A DNA stretch of 64,000 nt from Octopus bimaculoides (taxonomy: Eukaryota): NCBI RefSeq assembly GCF_001194135.2, contig NC_068981.1:164852753-164916752 (forward strand), written 5' to 3'. The notes under the pieces were generated by a model. That model was not told the origin of the DNA. It searched no databases and worked only from the letters and a program-made list of their open reading frames with translations. The translations under genes and the position numbers were made by a program. Of this stretch, positions 40,202 through 52,565 are shown one piece after another (the first letter of the stretch is position 1; every line of letters begins with the position of its first letter).

Positions 40202-41200
40202 CTGTGTGTGTGTCTGTGTGTGTGTCTGTGNNNNNNNNNNGTGTGTGTGTGTGTGTGTGCGTGTCTGTGTGTGTGTCTGTGTGTGTGTCTGTGTACAATG
40301 AAATATTTAAGAAGCATGCTATGTGTTAACAACTTTGTTTGTAAAAGCAGAGCACGAAATATATTTCAAATAATTAAGTTTTAACTACGAATACTTTGTT
40401 GACATTCCTTTAACTGTCTCAAGATTAGCAACTCATCTACGCATAGAATTAATGAGTTCTGAAATAGTAGCTTCAAGTGGTTCTGACAATATTTGGCGGA
40501 AATTATTGAACAATACTGATTGAGTGGAGCGGGGTTTCTTTTTCTTTTTTTTACTTTCCACATAAAATATATATTTTTTTTTGTATTAGCTACACGTGTA
40601 CTCTGAGGTTCATATCAAGGAGCCTGAGAGACAGAGATAAAGAGAAAACAATGTATTCTACTGCAGAACTGGCACTTTATTTTATCAAGCTTCAGAAGGA
40701 TAATTGGCAAAGTTGTCCGCTACAGTATTTGAACAAGAAGCGTAGAGAGCGACTCTATCCACGCTTTACTGGCTAAACTAATTCTCGTCTCCTCACATTA
40801 ATGAGTAAACCAAAAAACTGTTTAGTAGGTGTCTCTGCCCCTATTCATACACACACACCTTTTTTCCTAAAAGCAGGCAGTTTCAGTTATTTTCAATATG
40901 ACCACTTGCAAATATTGGCATGAAACTATTTTCGAGAGTGAATATGTATTTTTCTCAATTAATGTTATTAACACGCTCAAGAAATATGACCTTCCATTTT
41001 CCACTTAAACCATTAAACCATAACAGATACAACCAATACAGTTGGTTGTAGACTGATTTATGTCAAACATCTGATTGAGTAAACTCCACACCCATAGCCA
41101 TCTGTTGCTTGAAAATTGAGCAAATCATGACACATTAGGAAAAAATTATGTTGCGACACAAAGTGACAGGTTTGTTGCTTCCCTCGTAAGAACACTCATT

Positions 41201-41474
41201 TTTCTTCTTCTTCTTCTTCTTCTTCTTCTTCTTCTTCTTCTTCTTCTTCTTCTTCTTCTTCTTCTTCTTTTTCTTCTTCTTCTTCTTCTTCTTTTTCTTC
41301 TTCTTCTCCTCCTCCTCCTCCTCCTCCTTCTTTTTCTTCTTCATCTTCTTCTTCTCCTTCATCTTCTTCTTCTTCTTCTTCTTCTTCTTCTTCTTCTTCT
41401 TCTTCTCCTTCATCTTCTTCTTCTTCTTCTTCTTCTTCTTCTCCTTCATCTTCTTCTTCTTCTTCTTCGCCGCT

Positions 41475-41526
<52 letters not shown>

Positions 41527-41530
41527 CAGT

Positions 41531-41599
<69 letters not shown>

Positions 41600-41600
41600 T
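41201..41600. repeat. Compound (TTC)n(CTC)n / (GTA)n(GCA)n(GTA)n microsatellite
   Basis: Direct reading. Explains the poly-K and poly-E ORFs. Confidence 0.97.
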
Positions 41601-41934
41601 AGAGCTATTTCTTACCTGCATGAGGAAGATAAGATACTACTGTTTGGTGCTAATTTTGAGTTTTGTTTTAACACGTCTGATGACTGCGTGAGGACTTCTC
41701 AAAAAAACCTTTAGCGTATATTCTCAAAAAACAGCTTTAGAGACAGATTTTAGAGCACCACTTCTCAAACATTTTTACCTGTCGCTCCTTTTTATTTATC
41801 AATCCTATTTCAACGCCTTACAGCGACAATTCAAAATCAAATATACCAAAATATTTGCTTCCGATAGTTCACAAATCATTTCACCAATAAGCTATTCAAA
41901 ACAGTATTTTGAGGAATAATATTGATTTCAAGTT

Positions 41935-43026
41935 TTGGTACGAGGTTGGCAATTTCAGGGGAAGGGACTAGTCGAATATATCGACGCCAATACTCAACTG
42001 GTACTTAATCTATTGGGATCTTTCTGATTTGGCGGGCGCCATTTTTTATTTATGTTTTATTTAGTGAGTTTTCTACCGAAACACTTTAAAACTTCGTATA
42101 CTTGTATATTTTGTCTTATAGAACAGAGAAAAGTTTTTATAGTCGAAGTTATTTCATGTTAAAAGTTGTCGTATTTCTGTAACTTCAACCAATCACTGAC
42201 GTCTATTGAGGTGAAAACAATTACTGCTGTGGAATGTAAACAACACGTTCTAGCGGTGTAATGGGATCTTTTCCCTTGAATAAAATTAGTGCCGTTGTTT
42301 GTCAACAACAACTATCGGGGGTACTGTTATTTATGACATCGTTCGTGCGTTTGTACTAGTTTTAGCTTTAGGGTTTTAGGGTTAGGGTTCGGGTTTTCGA
42401 GTTAGGGTTAGGGTTAAGGTTTTAAGGTTAGGGTTAGGGTTAGGGTTATGAGCATTTTGGCCAGATTTGGTGAAAGGCAAAAATNNNNNNNNNNNNNNNN
42501 NNNNNNNNNNNNNNNNNNNNNNNNNNNNNNNNNNNNNNNNNNNNNNNNNNNNNNNNNNNNNNNNNNNNNNNNNNNNNNNNNNNNNNNNNNNNNNNNNNNN
42601 NNNNNNNNNNNNNNNNNNNNNNNNNNNNNNNNNNNNNNNNNNNNNNNNNNNNNNNNNNNNNNNNNNNNNNNNNNNNNNNNNNNNNNNNNNNNNNNNTACC
42701 GAAATACGACAATTTTAACACGAAATAACTTTAAAAAGATAAAATTTTCTCAACAACACTACGAGTAAAAGATGTTTTATATGGCACATTTTACCAGTGT
42801 CCCAAGTTTGAAAGTGTTTCGTCAAGAAAACAAGTGGCACCCGCCAAATCAGAAAGATCCTTCTATCGACCGCGAAGGGATGAAAGGCAAATCGACTTCG
42901 GCAGAATCTGAACTGAGACCCTAAAAATGGACGAGATGCGGCTAAGCATTTTGTCCTGCGTGCTAACAGTTCTGCCACTTCGCATTTTCTTCGACGTTCT
43001 AACGATTCTGCCAACTTGCCGCCTTA
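41935..43026 (-). mobile_element. MetaSINE-core SINE split by a TIR element
   Basis: The 3' half ends ...CTGGTACTTAATCTATTG at 42015. It resumes TTCTATCGACCGCGAAGGGATGAAAGGCAAA at 42861, continuing the family consensus GGTACTTAATTTATCGAC. Confidence 0.8.
42016..42860. mobile_element. Non-autonomous DNA transposon with long imperfect TIRs and internal (TTAGGG)n
   Basis: 26-bp TIRs GGATCTTTCTGATTTGGCGGG(C/T)GCCA (25/26 identical), with further inverted blocks to ~170 bp. Candidate 8-bp TSD ATCTATTG/TTCTATCG. Degenerate TTAGGG array at 42357-42448. Contains an N gap. Confidence 0.85.
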
Positions 43027-44764
43027 TGTTGAGTAATATTACCTGATGTCTAACATATACAAGAAAAACTGAAAATAACTATGAAAATTGAAAGATGCAT
43101 TTATCATTCACCCTGATACCCCTTTCGGTACTCAGTATCCATACAAAAAATTTCCAGTGACCTCAAGAAAATGGTACACTTGCTTTAAGAAGTTCTGTTT
43201 TAAAAAGCCTATGTAGACCGGACCGTAATTTTCCGATCATTTAAGCAGGATTATAATTTCGTTGACAGTAAAATGAGTTATTCCTAGAATCCTAACTATT
43301 TGTTGTCTGGAGAGTCCAACATTAGATTAACCAACAATAATTTGTCTTTCAAAATCAGAAATTGCTTTGAAATGCCTTACTCTAATCATATTATAGAATG
43401 GGTATGTCACAATTTAAATAAAAAGAAATCATTATTAATCAATATCATGAAAACTATTCCGCTGTATACATTTTATCATAAAAGTATAGGTCTCATCCTT
43501 TGACTGGTTCAGTCATTGAACTGCAGCTATGCCAGGACATCACCTTCAAGGGATTTCGTCGAACACACATACACACACACACACATTTGTTTATATACAT
43601 ATACACGACAGGCTTCCCAACAGTATCCGTCTACCAAATTCACCCACAAATTTACGGCCTGTGGTAATAGAAATCACTTGCACAGTGGAACTGGAGCTGG
43701 ATCTAGTTTTTTTCATTCGCAAAATATGCTTTCTGTAGAAGACAGTAAAAAATCTGAAAATTGGCTATAATACTGTAGCATTCCAGTCTCATTACTTTTA
43801 AGGTATGATGTTGTGGAGGAAAAAATCGGAGAAAAAAGTTCCGGTGATTTAAAAATCGAAACAACTGGGTTATTCTTAGCTAAGAGCGAGGCAGAAATTT
43901 TCTGCGTTTAGCGGAGCGGTGTCAACTTTAAGATTATACCCAGTGAAATGTAGAGCCTGGCCTGTTCATTGTAGGTTTGTAAATAAACAGAAATACCAAA
44001 TAAAATCAACATGTATCATCTGGATCTAGTCTTTCTCATTCATTGATTGTATTTTTTTTTATTTTTAAAAATGTGTTATATTTATATATTTGTCTCCATT
44101 TGTTTACTTTATGCGTATTTCAGTATTATGTATACCTGTCATGTATTTATGTACATCATTAATACATAAGTGTGTGTGCATGTGTTTGAAAAGGGGGCGT
44201 CTGTCTCCAAAACTCCAAAGTTGATTAACGTTTTCATGCTTGGATTTGTAAACTATGATGAGAATAAATACAGAAAAAGCACAGAAAAATACTAACACAC
44301 AGAAGCACAGAAAAATATGTAATATACTAACACAGAAAAATTAAAACAAAACCCGCGGGTGAAAAGAATCTCGTTGTGTGAAAAATCAGTTGTAAAAAGT
44401 CAACATAGAACAAGGTGTGTCACAACAAAAGCGCAGTGAACCACGAAGTCGCAGACAACAGTAAGACAACAGTGAAGTGAACCACAACACAGCGTCCTGT
44501 TGTCATAACAAGCTGTTAATGCCACGCTGTCTGTTGATTGACTAAAATTACTCAAATTTCCCAAATTTAATTCCGAATAACATCAGATTTTTTTAATTTA
44601 CGAGATAAAGTAATTGGTTGATCCTAATCAAAATACAGAGTTGTATCGATACACCAAAAATGAAGGCAATCTGAGAAAATATTAGGTGGGGCTGATTTTG
44701 CGAATGAGAAAGACTAGATCCCTGGAGCTGAAGTCAGATATATGAGTGCGTATCTGTATCAACG

Positions 44765-44816
<52 letters not shown>

Positions 44817-44924
44817 TGTGTGTATGTGTGTGTTTGCGGGTCTGTGAGTGTGTCTTAATGTTTGTATTTATGTTCACTCTCTAAAAACCAGTCTTATAAC
44901 TGTATCTGTTAAAGTCGTGTAGCG

Positions 44925-45065
44925 ATTTGACAAATAGACCTTCATGAAAATAAAATAAAAGGTTGACTGACAAAAAGTGCCGATGCCGAAATGGTCGAAA
45001 TCCTTGAAGGTGGTGTCCTAGCATGGCTGTAGTCCAATGATGGCTAAAACCAGTAAAAGTATATG
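44925..45065 (+). mobile_element. 3' fragment of microsatellite-containing tRNA SINE
   Basis: GAAGGTGGTGTCCTAGCATGGCTGTAGTCCAATGATGGCTAAAACCAGTAAAAG aligns to the tail of the 54360 copy. Confidence 0.6.
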
Positions 45066-45642
45066 TTTGGAAAATATTCAAAGAAAATAAATCAAGAAAC
45101 ACAATAAAGAAAATAAAACTTAGCCACCAAATTAATGAGCGAAATTAAATACATAATAACTATTTGCCAACAATTCTTCTGTAGTTGATGACTACGGAAT
45201 TTTAATAGTAATTAGCACTCGAGATTGTGGATTTAAAAAAAAAATAGTAATAATAAGTAGATATAATAGTGGAAAAGAGGAAATAAAAATATTGTATATT
45301 GAAGATTGTCTTATGAGATCGGCGCCAAATTATTTTGGTCGAGTCGATTCTGAGTAGGAAGGCGCCGATTTCTGTACTTTCGGCGACCACAGCAATAGAA
45401 GTAGATTGTAGAAGGGGAAGAAGGGAGTATAAGTGTAAGAAGAGCGAAGCAAACAGAAGATTGTGGGTGGTGGAGAGAATGTGGTTGGGAGAAGTTTGAT
45501 GTTCGGTGCCAGGAGCAAGTTTCTGTAATAGCTACTTTTCTTCTCACATAATTGATGGCTATTTTCTCCGTACTAGTCATCTAATACAAATATATACCTT
45601 CCGCACACACATAACATACATACGCGTATAAACTTATGTATA

Positions 45643-45675
<33 letters not shown>

Positions 45676-46289
45676 NNNNNNNNNNNNNNNNNNNNNNNNN
45701 NNNNNNNNNNNNNNNNNNNNNNNNNNNNNNNNNNNNNNNNNNNNNNNNNNNNNNNNNNNNNNNNNNNNNNNNNNNNNNNNNNNNNNNNNNNNNNNNNNNN
45801 NNNNNNNNNNNNNNNNNNNNNNNNNNNNNNNNNNNNNNNNNNNNNNNNNNNNNNNNNNNNNNNNNNNNNNNNNNNNNNNNNNNNNNNNNNNNNNNNNNNN
45901 NNNNNNNNNNNNNNNNNNNNNNNNNNNNNNNNNNNNNNNNNNNNNNNNNNNNNNNNNNNNNNNNNNNNNNNNNNNNNNNNNNNNNNNNNNNNNNNNNNNN
46001 NNNNNTATATATATTTATATATATATGGATACGTGTACATATATATGTATACATACATCTATATATATACACACACATACAAATACATGCGTACACATAT
46101 ACAGACATACACATGTACACGTATGTATAGGTGTGTGTGTGGGAGGGTGTATGTTTGTATGCATGCATCTTTCTACGTATGTATTTAATTGTCATACCCA
46201 AACAGAATCGCTATCAAATACAAACAAATGTGTCACCCTGATGTGGATAAATATAAGTGCCAGTGTTTATGTATATGTTTGTGCATGCG

Positions 46290-46342
<53 letters not shown>

Positions 46343-47034
46343 GCGAACGCATGTTAATGCATATAATCATTAAAACATATGACGTATATATACATTCTGT
46401 ATATATTCATATATGTGCATTTTGAATGTATGCACATATACAAATAGGTACATATGTATGCATTATATATATATACGTGTGTTTGCGTACATATATGTGC
46501 ATACACACATACATATAAATGTAAATACTCACACACATGTATATAGGTATGCGTTTAATGAAAACAAAAACTAGTTACAATAGCAATTAAAGGGATATAC
46601 TTTCAATTGACACCAGCACCACCAGCGTCATCCAGCACCATCACCATCACTGCATCATGGAACCAACCAACCAGCCAACCAAACCCCAAATATGGCTTAA
46701 TTAGACAGAAAAACGCTGTTACTTTCGACAAACCAATCAGTTCAACGGTAGACATAGAAACTCAGTTCATGGAGGTTTCACGGCGCCAGACCGAATGCAA
46801 ACCCTTCTGTAAGAAGAAACGGAGACAAACCAATATTCACATTGGCTTGAAATATACGCTAACAGATTGCCTATATATAAATATATATNNNNNNNNNNNN
46901 NNNNNNNNNNNNNNNNNNNNNNNNNNNNNNNNNNNNNNNNNNNNNNNNNNNNNNNNNNNNNNNNNNNNNNNNNNNNNNNNNNNNNNNNNNNNNNNNNNNN
47001 NNNNNNNNNNNNNNNNNNNNNNNNNNNNNNNNNN

Positions 47035-47068
<34 letters not shown>

Positions 47069-47888
47069 TGTGTGTGTGTGCATGTGTGTGTATGTGTGTG
47101 TGTGTACATACAGAGGCAGACGAATAAAATTATATGAAATACCCCTCAAGACAAATTCTGTATTTATTCAAGTAAACTCTCCTTCACGAGATGTGTAAGG
47201 AAATGTCTTTTGGTAATTCCGACCAATTCCAAATGAGAAGAGGAGATATTCTCAGGAATCGAGATTTCTCCGTAATTGGCATGTTAGTAATGAAATGGCG
47301 TTCTAATTTCTGGAGATATGAAAGACGGTTGTGGAACCATAGTGCGTGTTTCTTCCTCAAGGAGCGTCGTCAAATCAGCTATTGTCGTAATTTGGCTGCT
47401 GCAGACAAGATTGTCAGATATATTTGATATATACAAAGCATGTGAAAATCGTTTATGGCTTAGGATTATTTGCATAATCTCTTCGAAAATAGGCTAAGAG
47501 AAATAACTTAGAGTAGCCGTAACATACAAGCATATAGCAAGTATCATAGAAAATAAATTTTGTTAAGTACATTGCTTTACTGAGTATGTGGCGGTTTCAA
47601 TGGAAAGTGAGTTTTATTTAGTTGATGCAATAGAGGGTTTAAAAAAAAATTACCTGCTAAACACGCTAAAAATGGCAATGAGATGATAAGAGATTTTAAC
47701 CAGTTACACGTAGAAACAAAAAGGGAAGATATATTAAAATCACCGAAGTATATACGCTTGTAAATGATGCAGCTGTGTATGCATGCTCATTTGGTTGAAA
47801 TTACGTGGCTGATAACTGATTTTGTAGATATGTTGAGTAAATGTATGAAGATAATTTCATTCAGTAAAACACCAAGTTGTGACAATGG

Positions 47889-47979
<91 letters not shown>

Positions 47980-48385
47980 GCATGAGAGTGAATGTGAGTG
48001 TGAACTGACACAGTTCATTTTTAAATCAACAGTCTAGCAAAGCAGATAAAGGTGGTGACAGCTCATGCTGCAGAATTTCATTGTTGACGAAGCAACCTGC
48101 CAGAAATCATCTGCTGATATTCTTATAGGCATTAATGTGGACATTAGCTGAATAAGTTTTCCTTCTTAGTGACGTCACGATGTAGGTTCATTTATCAAGA
48201 CTGAATAAGCTGAATGTTATGCATTTAACAGCCTTCATTGATCAGTTTTTTTGTCGTCATCAGTGTTTTTACGAGTATTCCACAACATTCAGTGGCCAGT
48301 TTATTGCTGATGTCATCAATCTATTTGATGACATCAGCAATAAGCTTGTAGTAAAATTTTCTAACTGAAACAAGTACAAGAGTGC

Positions 48386-48572
48386 TCGCCAAGATAGATC
48401 GCTGATCACTACACACATTTTTTTCTGTCGTTTCTTTCCGTGTTCCTTTCTGTAGAAGAGCGTAGGCTCGAAACGTTAAAGACTTTCTCAATTCCCGAGC
48501 GTTATACTAATACATCTATTTGTTTTCTACACCACCTGTCTTCGTCTGTTGTTTTTTGTGAATAAATTTCAG
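48386..48572 (+). mobile_element. ~190-bp dispersed repeat with minimal hammerhead-like motif (copy C)
   Basis: CTTT-CTGTAGA-A-GAG-CGTAGG-CTC-GAAA-CGT-T-AAAG (48446-48482). 5' TCGCCAAGATAGATCGCTGA shared with copy A, and 3' CACCTGTCTTCGTC shared with copy B. Confidence 0.72.
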
Positions 48573-49361
48573 GGTAGTAAAAAATTATTTAGAAATATTT
48601 TACCACCAGTGGCCTAACGTGTAGAAAAACTAGTCAATAGACTATATATTATTCATTATATATACAGTGTTCATTTAAACACATAAGAGATGGCCATAAT
48701 AGGACATCTAACCCGCTAGAAGGAGTAGTTAAAATCCAAACCACTATTAGGGGGTAATTTCGAAAGGGAATGAAAAATAAAAACATGTACCATCTATTTC
48801 CTGGACCATGGTATCAAGCTATCTTCAGCAAATAAAGTAATTTGCAAGGTGGAAGATAGTTTGAAACCATGGTCTAGGAAATAGTTGATATATATATATA
48901 TATATATAGATAAGGAAATCATTTTACTCTCAAACGCAGGATAATGCTAATAATATAGAATGAACAGGATAGACTATCCATATTCTGAAGAAAAATCCCT
49001 GTGATTACGCGTGAAGTGCTTTACGATCAAGCTAAACTGCCCGGCGACAAATTCTTCTGCAATTTTAGGATATATAAATCTAGATTTATAAAATGTTATC
49101 GTACGTTAGCCGCCGGCAGATTTTTCTGCAACATATGGATAGTTTATTCTGTTCACGCTATATTATTAGCATTATCCTGCGTTTGAGAATAAAGGTATTT
49201 CCTTATATGTATCTTTCAATACATCTCAACGCTTCTAAAGCAAATTTTGTTGACTTTCAACATAAGTTGAATTTAATATATATATATATATATATATATA
49301 TCCAATTCTTAGTGCAAGTTTTGGAGAGTTCGATTTTAACAGTTATTTTTTCAAATCTATA

Positions 49362-50360
49362 ATGGTATTGGCAAAGAAGCATATTCGACATATTTTGTTT
49401 TCTGCGTTCAATAAAGGCAACAACGGAACAGAAAGTGCGAGGAGTATTAATGCAGTATATGGGGATCGGATAATAAGCGTAAGCCACTGTCAACGGAAAC
49501 TACAGCCTAGAAGACAAGTCTCGTCCTGGAAGATCTGCAGAGCTCGATGAGGACGTCTGGCATACCCTGGTAGAACAAAATCGCATGGTAACTGTTGAGG
49601 AATTAGCAGAGGAGCTTCGATTTGGTCATTCAACCATTCATCGACACCTGCGTGCCATCGGAAAAGTCAGAAAATTAGGTCAATGGGTTCCTCACAAACT
49701 TTAAGAGTCTGATCGCGTGCAGAGAGTGATGTATGCTCTTCTTTGCTGTCAATTCCCACGAACGAACCTTTTTTGGACCGAATAGTGACTGGTGACGAGA
49801 AATGGGTTCTCTATAAAAATGTCAAGCGCCGAAGACAGTGAGTAGAGAAAGGAGAAACACCAAAACTAAAGAAGGTCTACACCTACGTAAGGTGCTGTTA
49901 TCTGTTTGGTGGGATATGAAAGGTTCTGTCCACTTTGAACATTTAAACCCAAACCAAACGATTACAAAGGAGATCTACTGCGAGTAGCATGAGCGGCTTA
50001 AGTCAGCACTAGAAGAAAAACAACCGTCTTTGGTTTCAAGACGAAAAGTGTTTTTCCATCAGGATGATGCTTGGCCACATACAGCAAGGATGATATTTCA
50101 AAGGCTGCAGCAGTTTGAATGGGAAACGATGCCGCACCCACCATATTCGCCGGACATTTCCCCCATCTGATTATCAGTTATTCCGCAGTCTTCAAAATCA
50201 TTTGGACGGAAAAAATATGAATTCTGTAGATGAGGTCAGAACAGTACTGGAGGAGTATTTTTCGTCACTGGCAAGTGAATTTTGGAAGAGGGGCCTTGCA
50301 AGTCTACCAGATAGATGGAAGAGCATTGTAGAAAATGAAGGAGAGTATATTTTAGATTAA
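49362..50360 (+). pseudogene. Mariner transposase pseudogene (DD34D)
   Basis: MVLAKKHIRHIL..FNKG..AR.INAVYG; SLEDKSRPGR; KLGQWVPHKL; RIVTGDEKWVLY; HQDDAWPH; HPPYSPDISPSDYQLFRSLQNHL...GEYILD*. A few stops and frameshifts. A 3' TIR-like end (ATTATTTATGGGATGACCT-TA) lies at ~50411-50432; no 5' TIR seen. Confidence 0.95.
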
Positions 50361-50482
50361 AAAAGAACTTTATCCTAATTTTGAAAAATAAAAGCAATAT
50401 GAAAAAACACATTATTTATGGGATGACCTTATATACATATATCTATATATATATATATGTATACATATGTATGTGTATGTGA

Positions 50483-50526
<44 letters not shown>

Positions 50527-51236
50527 CTGAGTGAATGTGTGTGTGTTTGTTTGTGCGCGTGTGAATGTTAAGTTCGAATTATACAATAGAAGCAACTCTG
50601 TAATGAAACATTTTCAATACAACTTACCTAATATATGTGTGTTGTTTATAGGATTCTGTGGTTCTTCGTTCGTAGAAAATCCATTTAAAGAAATCTTGTC
50701 ACCTTGCCAACACTTCTAAAGTGATTTTGTTTCGCCTATCTCTGAAAAACCCCCGCACATTTTGGTATTTAAAAAAAAACACACATACGTTAAGTATGTG
50801 GTATTAATAAGGATTATATTAAAGAACTGCCTTTATTGCCCAATTCGAATATATTCTGCTTATGCCGCGTCATTCGAAACCAAAAGATTTTTTTTTTATA
50901 CACTGTCGCTATATACTTCAGATTAGCGAATTCGATATTGTTTCAGAAGTGACACAAGTACTGAACATTGATAAACCACACCAACAACGAAATACGTCTT
51001 TCTCTGTCGTGATCACTTTTGGATGAATTTTGTTTCTGTGAAGCATATTGTTTTCTTTACACTTTGCATCTTCAAAATGATTTTACCTGGACGAAAAAGC
51101 GCAGCTTCTGGCGTCTAAACAACACATATACGCATTAAGCATGCTATACAGCATGTGTGGGTGTGTGCGTGTGTGCATACCTGCGTTTATGTATATATAT
51201 ATATAATATATGTACGTATGCGCATATGCATACATG

Positions 51237-51282
<46 letters not shown>

Positions 51283-52188
51283 CACACATACATACATGCA
51301 CACACACATACGTACGTACGTACATAGTGTATGTATATGAATGCATGTACATAAGTACATAGCACATACACAACCAGTGAGCAGNNNNNNNNNNNNNNNN
51401 NNNNNNNNNNNNNNNNNNNNNNNNNNNNNNNNNNNNNNNNNNNNNNNNNNNNNNNNNNNNNNNNNNNNNNNNNNNNNNNNNNNNNNNNNNNNNNNNNNNN
51501 NNNNNNNNNNNNNNNNNNNNNNNNNNNNNNNNNNNNNNNNNNNNNNNNNNNNNNNNNNNNNNNNNNNNNNNNNNNNNNNNNNNNNNNNNNNNNNNNNNNN
51601 NNNNNNNNNNNNNNNNNNNNNNNNNNNNNNNNNNNNNNNNNNNNNNNNNNNNNNNNNNNNNNNNNNNNNNNNNNNNNNNNNNNNNNNNNNNNNNNNNNNN
51701 NNNNNNNNNNNNNNNNNNNNNNNNNNNNNNNNNNNNNNNCCACTTCTATAGTCGGTTAAGTACACGTTGACACTTACACGCACAGATGATTGCAGAGAAA
51801 CATTTAAAAACAATAACAGCAAGTTATACGAGCAGAAACATTTTTCACATACTGTCTCAAACATCAATGCACAAGCGGGAACTTTAGTACACGCGCACAT
51901 CCATAAACACATACTATGCCCATGTATGTATGTCCTGTATTTCTCTCGGAACAATTCTTGTTAAAAGCTTACCTGAATCCGAGGTAATTACATCTTCTGA
52001 GGCATATACATGTAGCTCCTTCGTGTGGCATACTACAAATGCAGGTGAGCATAGACCTCCACCACTACTGTCCCTTATACAATTTTAGGGTCGGCCTGTC
52101 TGTAGCCCGCTTGAAAAGCTAAGGTGTATCTTTCCTCAGTGTCTTCATTAGCTTCTTTTCACTTTCCCAATTATTATATTTTCGTACC

Positions 52189-52565
52189 GTGGAGTCGCAA
52201 TAGCCCAGTGGTTAGGGCAGCGGACTCGCGGTCGTAGGATCGTGGTTTCGATTCTCAGACCGGATGATGTGAGTGTTTATTGAGCAAAAACTCCTAAAGC
52301 TCCACGAGGTTCCAGCAGGGGTGGGGGTGAACCCTGCTGTACTCTTCCACCAAAACTTTCATTATTTGTTCCTGTTTCTATTGTACCTGTATTTCAAAGG
52401 CCAGCCTTGTCACACACTGTGTCACGCTGAATATCCCCGAGAACTACGTTAAGGGTGCACGTGTTTGTGGGGTGCTCGGTCACTTGCACGTTAATTTCAC
52501 GAGCAGGTTGTTCCGTTGGTCGGATCAACTGGAACCCTTGTAATCGCAACCGACGGAGTGCTACG
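52189..52565 (+). mobile_element. tRNA-Arg-headed SINE (OR-like)
   Basis: Same structure as the 1615 copy. 11-bp TSD ATTTTC(G/A)TACC (52178-52188 and 52566-52576). Confidence 0.92.

Noticed and set aside
40374-40530. ~50-codon open frame (YFVDIPLTVSRLATHLR...)
   Set aside because: It is bounded by stops, with no clear splice sites or recognisable homology.
42357-42448. True telomere
   Set aside because: The array is short, degenerate and enclosed between transposon TIRs in mid-scaffold.
45310-45560. LTR plus PBS-like TGGCGCCG on the minus strand
   Set aside because: There is no TG...CA LTR boundary, second LTR or adjacent gag/pol.
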